57,337 bases of DNA from Patescibacteria group bacterium (GTDB lineage: Bacteria; Patescibacteriota; UBA1384; XYA2-FULL-43-10; 1-14-0-10-43-13), in the NCBI GenBank assembly GCA_041666325.1, contig JBAYHC010000001.1:1-57337 (forward strand), given 5' to 3'. This document shows positions 20,567 to 29,975 of the stretch, piece after piece; position 1 is the stretch's first letter, and every line of letters starts with the position of its first letter. Below the pieces are notes generated by a model. It was given only the letters and a program-made list of their open reading frames with translations, made no database searches and had not been told where the DNA came from. A program made the position numbers and the translations under genes.

Positions 20567-21853
20567 CTAGCCCTTGAGCCTTTTCTTTACTTCTTCGGCT
20601 AAGAATTTGCTTGGAAAGACTTCTTGGGTTGAGCTTGTTAGGTCGCGTAAGATTGCCTCGTTTTTCATGGCTTCACGCTGGCCAATGATAGCAGCGTATT
20701 TGGCTCCGAGTTTGGCTGCTGCTTGGAGCTGCTGCCGCAGGCCATCATTTGAGGGCACGAAGTAAACATTGATATCTTCTTTGGCGAGAGAATCGTAGAT
20801 TTTTTTGGAGATCTCTTTGGCTTTTTCGCCGAGCTGCAGGATGGATATTTCAACACCGCGTCGTTTTGGAACCTTGACTCCCTGTTCCTTCATGAGGCTA
20901 ATGACTCGTTCAATGCCTATCGAGTACCCAACCGCGGGCGTGGCGGGCCCACCCAGAAGCTCGATCAGACCATTATATCTACCGCCACCGCCAAGCACGC
21001 TTTGGCGCCCCTTGTCGGCTGCGACTGCAATTTCAAAAACAGTATTAGTGTAGTAATCCAAGCCTCGAACAAGATGAGGATCAAGATCATATCTAATATT
21101 GAAGTAATCAAGATATTCTAATGTATTTTGAAAGTGAACTCGGCACTCGGTGCAGAGCGAGTCTAGGATTACGGGAGCATCCTTGGAGACTTGTTGGCAT
21201 GGCTCCTCTTTGCAGTCGAGCAGGCGGAGTGGGTTTTTCTCGTAGCGCGTTGTGCAGTCCTTGCAAAGTTTAGCAAGACGTTCTTTGTAATATTTTTTTA
21301 ACTTGGCTAGGTATTTCGGTCTGCATTTGGGACATCCGATGGAGTTGGCGTATACGACAAGGTTTTTCAGGCCCACGCGACGCAAAACTTCCCAGGCCGA
21401 CATGATGGCAAGGTAGTCTGATTTGGGTGAGTCATCACCAAATATCTCGGCTCCCAACTGAAAGAATTCACGGTAGCGCCCCTTTTGTGGGCGTTCGCGC
21501 CGAAACATCGCTCCAGAGTAATAGAGTCGAACTGGTTGAGACCAGGATGACATGCCGCTTTGCACATAAGAGCGAACAGCGCCGGCTGTGCCTTCTGGGC
21601 GGAGCGCGTAGCTCGTCCCCTCTTCGCTGCCAGATTGTTGCAATAGAAACATCTCTTTTTGCACTATGTCAGTTGCCTCACCGATGCCGCGCGTATAGAT
21701 CTCGACATTCTCAAAGTGTGGTAAGTCAATCCGATCAAAACCAACACCCTCCAGTGTTCTTGCTGATACGTCAAAGAAATACTGCCAGTAAGACTGTTCG
21801 GTTGGCAATATGTCCTTTGTCCCTCTCGGTGTCTGGTAAGATGGTTTGCTCAT
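20567..21853 (-). CDS. hisS: Histidine--tRNA ligase
   Basis: MSKPSYQTPRGTKDILP start preceded by GGAG. Class II motifs (YALRPEGTA, FRRERPQKGRYREF, GGGGRYNGL). Anticodon-binding C-terminus. The track's 42-aa N-terminal extension is rejected. Confidence 0.95.
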   Translation of the reverse strand: MSKPSYQTPRGTKDILPTEQSYWQYFFDVSARTLEGVGFDRIDLPHFENVEIYTRGIGEATDIVQKEMFLLQQSGSEEGTSYALRPEGTAGAVRSYVQSGMSSWSQPVRLYYSGAMFRRERPQKGRYREFFQLGAEIFGDDSPKSDYLAIMSAWEVLRRVGLKNLVVYANSIGCPKCRPKYLAKLKKYYKERLAKLCKDCTTRYEKNPLRLLDCKEEPCQQVSKDAPVILDSLCTECRVHFQNTLEYLDYFNIRYDLDPHLVRGLDYYTNTVFEIAVAADKGRQSVLGGGGRYNGLIELLGGPATPAVGYSIGIERVISLMKEQGVKVPKRRGVEISILQLGEKAKEISKKIYDSLAKEDINVYFVPSNDGLRQQLQAAAKLGAKYAAIIGQREAMKNEAILRDLTSSTQEVFPSKFLAEEVKKRLKG

Positions 21854-22104
21854 TACTTCTCCATTTAGCTGTCTGTTCAATAAAGAGGACACGGCTCCGT
21901 TACAATTATTACAAGATATAAAAGACGTAGAATCATGGCGTAACAAAGGGTTGATACCCCGTGGCCATTCGATGGTCACTCATGGTCTCAAAGACTTGCT
22001 GCTTAATCTTGGGTCCAGAGCTTGTCCTGGGGTATTATACCCTTTATTTAAGGACACCAATTGATTAAAAGCGAAAACAATTTTCTTCTTGAAATACTAA
22101 CAAC

Positions 22105-22273
22105 AAATTGGCTATAAAGCAACAAAGACGATAAGGCTGTAAGGCTAGTAGAGCTAGTAGAGCTAGTAAGGCAAATAGTCGTTCACCGTCCTGTTGCTAC
22201 GTTGCCGTAATGCTTTATTACTCTATCGTTTTACTGCTTTATTGCTTTACCGCCCTATTTCCTTACTGTTTAA
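22105..22273. repeat. Inverted pair of phased 8-9-nt word arrays, including a 3 x 9-nt tandem repeat
   Basis: Plus block: gataaggc tgtaaggc, then ctagtagag ctagtagag ctagtaagg (22145-22171). At 22201-22272 the reverse complement reads ggtaaagc aataaagc agtaaaac gatagagt aataaagc. Confidence 0.6.
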
Positions 22274-24178
22274 TCATATCTCGATCAGTCTGCGGGGATC
22301 GACGGAGATAATCCGTTTACACTGTTTCTTATGTATTTTGATGATGTGTTCCTTGGTTAGATACCCGACCACATTGTCTTGTTGCGGTGTTGGCTTGCAG
22401 CAGCCAGCCATGACGTGTTTGATGTTGGCCAGAGAAGCGATGCCGGTGCTTACTTGTTGCCTTCTTGCGAGTTTTTTCTCGGATGTGTTCAACTCGGGAT
22501 ATAGGACCTTGAGCAATTTCAATTTCTGCAGTACTCCCTCGGCAATGGCGACATAGGCGGAGCCAAGATCATTGTAGGGTAGCACGGAATTGGCGACAAA
22601 CTGATTAGCCTTTGCCTTATCTAGCGGCTGAAATCTGTGCTTGCCGATGAGCTCAGCAATCAACCTTTCCCCCGTTTCCAACATGAAATCGTAGTTCTTG
22701 GCTCTGATAGCGTTGCGGATGTGATGCTTGGCATTGGAGGTTTTGACGAATTTGAGCCAGTGGCTTGAGGGCGAAGCCTTTTTTGATGTCAGGATCTCAA
22801 CTACGTCACCGGTTTTCAGTGCAGTTGAGATTGGCATAAGGCGATCATTGATCTTGATGCCGGAGCAGGTATTACCAAGGGCGGTATGGATACGATAAGC
22901 GAAGTCGAGTCCACATGATCCAGTTGGCAGTTTGACTATCTCACCCTTGGGGGTGAAGACAAAGACCTGTTTGGAGAAGAGCTCTTCCTTGATTTCTCGA
23001 ATAAGTTCTCTCTTGTTGTGGATGTCGTGGATCTTCTTCAATTCAGCTAACCACTCCTGTCGATTGCGTTCTGCAATCTTGGCATTTTTCTCGACATAGC
23101 TGTCCTTATAGCTCCAGTGGGCAGCTGGTCCATATTCATTGATCTCGTGCATCTCCTCGGTCCTAATCTGTATCTCAAACACATCGCCGTTGCCATTGCT
23201 GACTTTGGTGTGGAGTGATTGATAGATGCCATTTTTTGGTCTGGCGATGTAATCATCAATTTGACCGGGAATGGGTGGAAATACGCCATGGACTAGACCA
23301 AGGACTCTGTAGCAATCTTCAACCGAGTGGACGATGATGCGGAGGGCGATTATATCGAAAATGTTGGCAATGTTTTTGCCCTGTTTGACCTTGTTGTAGA
23401 GGCTATAGAGGTGCTTGGCACGTCCGGCGATGTTAGTGTATTTGATTCCGGCTTTGGTGAGGGCCGAAGAGATTGCTGGAATCGACTCGTCTATTACGCG
23501 CTTGGGGTTCTTGTAAGCCGGTTTTGCTATCTTGATAAATTGAGCGTACTCATCCGGGTAAGCAAATGGAAAGGCAGAGTCCTCTAACTCGCCCTTAACA
23601 ATACCCATCCCAAGTCGTTCGGCGATTTGAGCGTAAATCTCGATTGTTTCGCGAGCATAAAACCGACGCTTCTGCTCGGGGATAAATTCTAGTGAGGCAG
23701 CATTGTCCAGGCGGTCATAGAGCTTGATGATTATAACTCTGATGTCCGAGCTTGCAGCCAACAGGATCTTGCGGTAGTTGTCGGCCTGGCGCAGATACAT
23801 AGTTTCATCGGAGTGGGCCAAACCCTTACCCTTGGTTCGGAGCGCTGAGATTTTTGTTACGCCCTCGACCAGATTGGCAATTTCCTGTCCGAATGCCGTT
23901 TTTAGCTCGTCATAGGTAGCGTCCGTGTTTTCGAGCACATCGTGCAGCAGTGCTGCGGCGATCGCTTGGTAATCGTAACCGTCATTTGCTAGGCGCGCCG
24001 CGACTCTGAGCGGGTGCATGATGTAGGCGCAGCCAGAGCGTCTTTTCTGACCCTTGTGCTTCGCTTTCGCCAGAATATAGGCATCAAAAACCACCCTTTT
24101 CTCTTCCTCTGAGAATGAATTTTCCTGACGAGAAAAGACCTTGGGAAGAATCACTTTTCTTGATGATTTTTGGGTCAT
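22274..24178 (-). CDS. relA: Bifunctional (p)ppGpp synthetase/hydrolase (RelA/SpoT homolog)
   Basis: 634 aa. HD domain (HPLRVA, LLHDVLENT), synthetase domain, TGS (VFTPKGEIVKLPTGSCGLDFAY), C-terminal Cys motif. Confidence 0.95.
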   Translation of the reverse strand: MTQKSSRKVILPKVFSRQENSFSEEEKRVVFDAYILAKAKHKGQKRRSGCAYIMHPLRVAARLANDGYDYQAIAAALLHDVLENTDATYDELKTAFGQEIANLVEGVTKISALRTKGKGLAHSDETMYLRQADNYRKILLAASSDIRVIIIKLYDRLDNAASLEFIPEQKRRFYARETIEIYAQIAERLGMGIVKGELEDSAFPFAYPDEYAQFIKIAKPAYKNPKRVIDESIPAISSALTKAGIKYTNIAGRAKHLYSLYNKVKQGKNIANIFDIIALRIIVHSVEDCYRVLGLVHGVFPPIPGQIDDYIARPKNGIYQSLHTKVSNGNGDVFEIQIRTEEMHEINEYGPAAHWSYKDSYVEKNAKIAERNRQEWLAELKKIHDIHNKRELIREIKEELFSKQVFVFTPKGEIVKLPTGSCGLDFAYRIHTALGNTCSGIKINDRLMPISTALKTGDVVEILTSKKASPSSHWLKFVKTSNAKHHIRNAIRAKNYDFMLETGERLIAELIGKHRFQPLDKAKANQFVANSVLPYNDLGSAYVAIAEGVLQKLKLLKVLYPELNTSEKKLARRQQVSTGIASLANIKHVMAGCCKPTPQQDNVVGYLTKEHIIKIHKKQCKRIISVDPRRLIEI

Positions 24179-24404
24179 AAATCTGACTTAATACGGCTAT
24201 TTTGTGCTCAACCAAAATTGCTTTGTCGTGTGTTGCAAACGTGCTCGTTGTTATTGCAAGATATTACAGTAGAAAACTCGGTGTCCACGGGGGCTGCCAG
24301 CTCTTCACGAAGAGCTAATAGCCGGCAGCTTGCTGCGTAATCCTAGGCCCAGAGCTTCTCTTGACCATGAACTCGGGATCGAGTGGTGACAGGGGTAATA
24401 CCTT

Positions 24405-26948
24405 TTATTTCGTTCGAACTACTACTTTTTCCGCTTTGTGGAGATAAATATGATCCCCCTTCTTCGAGATAACCGCTACATTTCCAGGCTCAAACTCTTC
24501 CTGAAGGATGGCTTCGGCGAGCGGCGTCTCGATGTGATCCCCGATTATTTTGCGAATTGGTCTTGCGCCAAAGTCTGGATCAAAGCCATTTTCAGCTAGC
24601 CACTCTTTGGCGGGTTTCTCTACTATCAATTTAATTTTTTGTTCGTGCAGACGATTTGCGAGTTCCTTGATTTGTAATTCAACTATATCGATGATAGCTT
24701 CACGGCTCAATGGTCGGAATACAATCACTTTGTCGACACGGTTTAAGAACTCGGGTTTGAAGAACTCCTCCATTTCCTCGAAGACGCTGTTTCTTAATTT
24801 TTCATACTCTTCCTCTGATTCTTCGCCCGTTGCAAATCCGATAACGGCTCGTTTGTCGAATATGTTTGTACCCAGATTCGAGGTCATAACCAGAATGGTG
24901 TTTTTGAAATCAACTTTGCGCCCTTTAGCATCAGTTAGTTCTCCATCCTCCATAATCTGAAGGAGGATATTAAACACCTCGGGGTGGGCTTTCTCAATTT
25001 CGTCAAAGAGAATGACTGAATATGGTTGACGTCTGATTGCTTCGGTTAATTTGCCGCCCTCTTCATATCCAACGTAACCAGCGGGTGCGCCAATAAGTCG
25101 TGAAACATTGTGGCGCTCCATGAACTCGGACATGTCTATTTTCACCAGAGCGTTGCGGTCTCCCAGCACTTCGGCCGCAAGAACTCTCGCAAGTTCGGTT
25201 TTGCCTACACCTGTTGGTCCCAGGAAAATGAAGGATCCTGTTGGGCGATTGGGGTTGGCTATGCCAACGCGGGCACGTTTGATTGCCTTCGTTACCTCAA
25301 GGACTGCCTCGTCCTGTCCGACAATGTGCTGTTTGATTCTCTTCTCTAGATCAAGATATCTTTTCTTCTCCTCTGCAGTAAGATCCGTGACCGGGACGCC
25401 AGTCCAGCGAGAAGCAACAGTGGCGATATCGTCGACCGTAATAATTTTTTCCTTGGATGGTTTGTTTTCGAGTTTAATTAGTTTAATAGCATTTTCGATG
25501 CGAATTTCATCTTCGCGAAGACGGGTTGCTTTCTCGTACTGTTCTGCCATGATGTACTCTTCTTTGCGTCGAAGAATTTGGCGCAGTTCCCGTCGTAGGT
25601 TCGCTAGATCCGCAGTGCTCGAGGAGACGGTGTTGGTCGCAGCTGCAGCCTCATCAATAAGGTCGATCGCCTTATCGGGCAAAAATCGGTCATTGATGTA
25701 TCGTTTTGATAATTTTACGGCAGACTCAATCGCTTCAGCAGTGTACTTAACATTATGGTATTTCTCGTAGCGTGTCTTGATGCCGCGCAGGATTTCGATT
25801 GCCTCCGGCACAGTTGGCTCTTTGACCACGATAGGTTGGAAACGTCTCTCGAAGGCTGGGTCGCGTTCGATGTGTTTTTTGTATTCATCAAGTGTGGTTG
25901 ACCCAATAAGGTGAAGCTCTCCACGCGAAAGCATCGGTTTCAACAGGTTGGCAGCATCAATTGAGCCCTCGGTTGAGCCAGCTCCGACGACGGTGTGAAT
26001 CTCGTCGATGAACAGGACTACATTTCCGCTCTTCTTGATTTCGGCCAAAAGCTTCTTGACTCGGCTTTCGAACTGACCGCGATACATTGTCCCTGCCAGG
26101 AGAGCACCCATATCAATCGACAGAATTTCTTTGCCAACAAGTTTAACTGGCACTTTGCCGTCGACAATTCTTTGGGCTAGTCCCTCAACAATCGAAGTTT
26201 TGCCAATGCCAGGCTCGCCAATCAGAACTGGATTATTTTTGGTCCTGCGGCATAGGATTTGGATCAATCGTTCTGTTTCGTTGTCCCGTCCCACGACAGG
26301 GTCCAGCTTGCCGTTCTGAGCCAGCTTGGTCAGGTTGGTGGTGAATGAGCTTAGAAACGATTCGCTTTTTGTCTTGGTTGTGGATTGGCCCATGTTAGAA
26401 AACTGCCCCATCGGATTAAACGATTCCATCTCGGGCATATCTACGCTTGGAGGATTGCTGCTCTCTGTGCTTTGGTCCAAACCTTGGCTAAGCGATTGCA
26501 GCGTATCCTTGATTCCGCCGAAGATGGTTTCGATCTGCTTCTTGAGATCATCGGGATTGACTCCGATTCGCTCAATTACAGCGTACGAATTAAATTCTTT
26601 GTTCGATAGAAGCGCCAGAAGCAGATGCTCTGTGTCAACGGCGTAGTGTCCGTACTGTGAAGCGATGGAAACGGCTGATTTGATCGCTTCTTTGGCTTCC
26701 TCTGTCAGCCCATCTGGTGCGGCTTGTGTTACACGTTTGCTTACAAGTGAAACAACTACCTCGACTCGATCTGAGGCTATTTCAAAGCTGGAAAGTATCT
26801 CGTAAGCGAGCGTATCCTTTACCATTAGCAGAGCCATGAGCTGATGCTCAGTATCCATAACCGTGTTCTGTTCTTTGGCGATGCGTTCGGATGTAACCAG
26901 AACCTTTTTCAAGTTATCGCTAAATTTTTTAAATACTCCTAAATCCAT
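24405..26948 (-). CDS. clpC: ATP-dependent Clp protease ATP-binding subunit ClpC-type
   Basis: 847 aa. Clp_N repeats, two AAA modules (GEPGIGKTS; GPTGVGKTE), short UVR-like middle region, IGF loop. Confidence 0.92.
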   Translation of the reverse strand: MDLGVFKKFSDNLKKVLVTSERIAKEQNTVMDTEHQLMALLMVKDTLAYEILSSFEIASDRVEVVVSLVSKRVTQAAPDGLTEEAKEAIKSAVSIASQYGHYAVDTEHLLLALLSNKEFNSYAVIERIGVNPDDLKKQIETIFGGIKDTLQSLSQGLDQSTESSNPPSVDMPEMESFNPMGQFSNMGQSTTKTKSESFLSSFTTNLTKLAQNGKLDPVVGRDNETERLIQILCRRTKNNPVLIGEPGIGKTSIVEGLAQRIVDGKVPVKLVGKEILSIDMGALLAGTMYRGQFESRVKKLLAEIKKSGNVVLFIDEIHTVVGAGSTEGSIDAANLLKPMLSRGELHLIGSTTLDEYKKHIERDPAFERRFQPIVVKEPTVPEAIEILRGIKTRYEKYHNVKYTAEAIESAVKLSKRYINDRFLPDKAIDLIDEAAAATNTVSSSTADLANLRRELRQILRRKEEYIMAEQYEKATRLREDEIRIENAIKLIKLENKPSKEKIITVDDIATVASRWTGVPVTDLTAEEKKRYLDLEKRIKQHIVGQDEAVLEVTKAIKRARVGIANPNRPTGSFIFLGPTGVGKTELARVLAAEVLGDRNALVKIDMSEFMERHNVSRLIGAPAGYVGYEEGGKLTEAIRRQPYSVILFDEIEKAHPEVFNILLQIMEDGELTDAKGRKVDFKNTILVMTSNLGTNIFDKRAVIGFATGEESEEEYEKLRNSVFEEMEEFFKPEFLNRVDKVIVFRPLSREAIIDIVELQIKELANRLHEQKIKLIVEKPAKEWLAENGFDPDFGARPIRKIIGDHIETPLAEAILQEEFEPGNVAVISKKGDHIYLHKAEKVVVRTK

Positions 26949-27113
26949 TTTGCCCCCGTGACATTTTATGTTTTAACACATGATTGTATCAGTAATTTAT
27001 AATCTTTGCGAGTCTATGGCCAGTCAATATTTCGCGTGGTCATTAAAATATTCCCCTAGCTTCCCGATCTTTGGAGATGGCATTCTTCTGTTTCTAGAAC
27101 TATATGACCGAAG

Positions 27114-28193
27114 TTACTCTTCTGTGGCTTCGTCTGCAGTTGCGCCCTGGTCGGCAACTTCGATGTCGATGCCCCATCCGGTAAGCTTGGAAGCTAGTCG
27201 CACATTTTGACCATTCTTGCCAATGGCCAGCGAAAGACTGTCCTTGTCAACGAAAACGGTCGCTTTGTTGTCGCGAGCTGAGATAGCTATATTTTTGGTT
27301 TTTGCTGGAGAGAGTGCGTTGGCAATGAACTGCTCAACATCTTCGTCCCAAAGTACAATATCAATTTTTTCTTCGCCGATTTCATCCAAAACCGACTGAA
27401 CTCGAGTACCGCGTTGTCCGACACATGATCCAACTGGATCAATTTTCTCTTCGTGGGCTGTGACGGCAATTTTGGTACGGGAACCAGGTTCTCTGGCGAT
27501 GCTTTTAATTTCAACTGAACCAGTAGCGATCTCTGGAACTTCAACAGCGAAAAGGCCGGCAATAAGCTCCTCAGCGGTGCGCGAGACGAGGATCTGTGGT
27601 CCCTTGGTTGTCTCGGCAACTTCTTTGACATAAATCTTGAGTCTCTGTCCGACGCGATAGCGCTCGTTGCGGATCTGGTCGCTTGGATACATGATGCCAT
27701 TTGCTTTTCCGAGTGAAACGACGATATTGCGTCCCTCGATTTGCTGAATAGTGGCATTAACGACTTCATGTTCCTTGTCTTTGAATTCTTTGAAGAGCAG
27801 GCCTCGTTCGGCTTCACGGATTCTCTGGATGATAACCTGCTTGGCTGTTTGAGCGGCAATACGGCCGAAATCTGTTTGCTTGGGCAGTGGAACGACGATC
27901 TCGCCACCGATTTCTATGTTTTTGTCGAACTTTTCTGCCTGATCAAGTGTGAGCTGCTGTTCTGGCTCTTCGGCTTCCAGTCCCTCGACAACTTCATAAA
28001 CGCGAAACATATCTGCTTCACCAGTTTGTGGATCAAGCTTGGCTCGAATTACCTGTTTTGGTCGACCATAATCTTTGCGATAGGCTGCGGCCAGAGCAGC
28101 TTCAACTGTGTCGATTACAACATCCTTATCAAGGCCCTTCTCTTCGCAGAGATCATCGATTGCGGCCATAAACGGGCTAATTTTTTGAGTCAT
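27114..28193 (-). CDS. nusA: Transcription termination/antitermination factor NusA
   Basis: 359 aa with N-terminal, S1 and two KH domains (GSRTKIAV..DPVGSCVGQRGTRVQ; IGKNGQNVRLASKLTGW). Confidence 0.95.
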   Translation of the reverse strand: MTQKISPFMAAIDDLCEEKGLDKDVVIDTVEAALAAAYRKDYGRPKQVIRAKLDPQTGEADMFRVYEVVEGLEAEEPEQQLTLDQAEKFDKNIEIGGEIVVPLPKQTDFGRIAAQTAKQVIIQRIREAERGLLFKEFKDKEHEVVNATIQQIEGRNIVVSLGKANGIMYPSDQIRNERYRVGQRLKIYVKEVAETTKGPQILVSRTAEELIAGLFAVEVPEIATGSVEIKSIAREPGSRTKIAVTAHEEKIDPVGSCVGQRGTRVQSVLDEIGEEKIDIVLWDEDVEQFIANALSPAKTKNIAISARDNKATVFVDKDSLSLAIGKNGQNVRLASKLTGWGIDIEVADQGATADEATEE

Positions 28194-28464
28194 ATTCTCT
28201 CCTCTTTGTGCAGATTTAACTGTTCCGCTACTTAAATTATATCAATTCTATTAATAAATTACGAATTCAATTTAGCTAGTAATGTAGTAAAAATGGCAGC
28301 CTTTCGGCCACCACATCAACGTAACAATTCAAAGTATAAATCAATTCGGTGATTATGTCAATGGGAGTGCTGGCAGAGTCGAAATGGCCTGCCTTTCTAA
28401 TCACTTGTTACAAACTAATTATACGGTTCTTTGTGTTTGGTTTAGTGTGCCCGTAATTCTTCCA

Positions 28465-28493
28465 TTGACTAAATCAACAAAATATGATATAAT
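28465..28493 (+). promoter_or_regulatory. Near-consensus sigma70-type promoter of GC-rich cassette A
   Basis: TTGACT, 17-nt spacer, TGaTATAAT (extended -10). About 70-nt leader, then GGAGGG at 28550-28555. Confidence 0.6.
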
Positions 28494-28563
28494 TCCTGCA
28501 TCTCGCGTATCCAACTCGAATCCTCGGGCTCTGGAACTATGCGATTCGTGGAGGGAACGGTTC

Positions 28564-29871
28564 ATGTTAACGCTTACGAGGGCGGCCAGCATCATGTTGC
28601 TGGCGGGATTGGTTCTTAGCGGATGCGGTGGCAGCACCTCCCCCATGGTGGGCTCGGGCGTGACTTTCGAGACTGCGCCGTTGCCCGCTGGCGAGGAGCC
28701 GGCAGCAACGCGCGGTGACGGCAGCGTCGCCCTGTACCTCTATGAGTGGGATGAGCTCAGCGCCAAGTGGGCAAAAGCCCTGCTCGTTACCGAGCCGGGT
28801 GTCACCGCCCACTACCGCTTCCGGACCGGAGTCCGATTCTGCTGGGTCGTGTCCACCCGGCGTGGCACTCCGGCCTTCAACTTCGTTCGTTCGGAGCTGA
28901 CGCGCGCCATCGCCCTGAACGGGGTGGTGCCGCCGGTTGCGCCGCAGCGCTACCGGCTCAACTACACCGGCGACTACCACTTGTCGATCGACGGGACGCG
29001 CGATGGTAGCCCATGCTCGATCGGCGTTGCTATCCGTGTGACCGAGTACGGGCCGCAGTTTCGCAACTTCGACGGCCTGATCACCGGCTCAACAGACGGC
29101 TCGAACTGGGGCACCGGCGTGAGCACGGCGTCGTCAAGCCGGATCAAGGTGCGGGTGACCATCTGGAACGACGGCATCGCCACCGCCACCCACACCAGGG
29201 TGCGGATCGACGATTTGTCCATGTCCCAGCGTGATCACTCTGTGTTCACCTACGTGAACGCCAACGAGAGCTGGCTCTCCAATGAGCCGATCCGGTCACT
29301 ACAGGTACATACGCCAGAAGCGACAGTTGGCCGGGTGGTGCGCCTGACGAGCAAACTCTATGACGCCATCGATGGCAGACTGATCAGAAACCTGCCGGAG
29401 GGAGTCAATGACTATCATGGCGTCGACATCGGTAGCGTGCCTCCGGGCTCCGGGCGGATCGTCGAGTGTGAGCTGGACTTCCGGGTGCCGAGTTCGCCCG
29501 ATGCAGAGACGTACGCTGTCACTTTCCGGTCAGCCGAGGCGCTCTACGGCACCTACAGCGACTGCAGGAAGCTCGGGACAGCGCGGTACGTCACGACGGC
29601 AGTCAAATCGTATGTCATCCCGGAGTGTGGGCCTGCCTTCGAGGTCATCACCCGAAGCGTAGCGCCCTTACCTTGGCCGCCGAATGGCTGGGTGGTGACC
29701 AACACGGCGACCGGCCAGCAGGTGCCGCCGGCTGGCACAATCGGCTCGGGTACGGAGGTCTGGCGGCTGCAGCCGGGCATGTACAACTTCGCAGCTCCTT
29801 TCACCGCTCGTGTTGGTGACGCCGTCAGGCTCACCAGCTACGAGGCGACAATTCTGGTTGCTGCCCCGTAA
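28564..29871 (+). CDS. GC-rich predicted lipoprotein of unknown function
   Basis: ATG at 28564 follows GGAGGG by 8 nt. MLTLTRAASIMLLAGLVLSGCGG is a signal peptide plus lipobox (L-S-G-C). 435 aa, strongly G/C-biased codons unlike the flanks. The track's upstream extension to 28384 is AT-rich and rejected. Confidence 0.75.
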   Translation: MLTLTRAASIMLLAGLVLSGCGGSTSPMVGSGVTFETAPLPAGEEPAATRGDGSVALYLYEWDELSAKWAKALLVTEPGVTAHYRFRTGVRFCWVVSTRRGTPAFNFVRSELTRAIALNGVVPPVAPQRYRLNYTGDYHLSIDGTRDGSPCSIGVAIRVTEYGPQFRNFDGLITGSTDGSNWGTGVSTASSSRIKVRVTIWNDGIATATHTRVRIDDLSMSQRDHSVFTYVNANESWLSNEPIRSLQVHTPEATVGRVVRLTSKLYDAIDGRLIRNLPEGVNDYHGVDIGSVPPGSGRIVECELDFRVPSSPDAETYAVTFRSAEALYGTYSDCRKLGTARYVTTAVKSYVIPECGPAFEVITRSVAPLPWPPNGWVVTNTATGQQVPPAGTIGSGTEVWRLQPGMYNFAAPFTARVGDAVRLTSYEATILVAAP

Positions 29872-29891
29872 GAAGGGCTGCATTCGTCTTC

Positions 29892-29926
29892 GCCGCTCCC
29901 GGCTTCGCTGGGGGCGGTTCTTTTTA
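29892..29926 (+). terminator. Intrinsic terminator of cassette A
   Basis: ccgctccc-ggcttcgct-gggggcgg stem-loop followed by ttcttttt. Confidence 0.6.
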
Positions 29927-29938
29927 TCCAAATATCGA

Positions 29939-29967
29939 TTGAACTCTCTGCATTATTGGCGTAATAT
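29939..29967 (+). promoter_or_regulatory. Promoter giving a leaderless or near-leaderless ABC exporter mRNA
   Basis: TTGAAC, 17-nt spacer, TAATAT. The -10 ends 8 nt before the ATG at 29976, and no Shine-Dalgarno sequence is present. Confidence 0.45.
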
Positions 29968-29975
29968 ACAGAGCT

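Noticed and set aside
20900-21330. Cys-rich insertion in HisRS (CPKC...CKDC...C..C...CTEC)
   Set aside because: Cys-containing insertion domains at this position are common in bacterial HisRS, so this is not anomalous.
22145-22171. Tandem ctagtagag repeats considered as a CRISPR-like array
   Set aside because: The units are 9 nt with no spacers, and there are only three copies. There are no cas genes.
24179-24404. Long clpC-rel spacer screened for tRNA, SRP RNA or 6S RNA
   Set aside because: There is no GTTCRANYC T-loop, no SRP domain IV motif (GGAAGCAGCC-like) and no cloverleaf. Only one hairpin is apparent.
27022-27044. AGTCAAT and GGTCATT heptads upstream of clpC considered as a CtsR operator
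   Set aside because: Each heptad matches GGTCAAA at only 5 of 7 positions. They are spaced 9 nt apart instead of the canonical 3 nt.
28384-28563. N-terminal 60-aa extension of the lipoprotein ORF; similar extensions exist at 21854-21979 (hisS), 13229-13288 (S51 peptidase) and 56541-56684 (LysM)
   Set aside because: The extensions run through promoter or leader sequence, lack ribosome-binding sites, and bury the signal peptide or the conserved N-terminus. Internal starts with Shine-Dalgarno sequences fit better.
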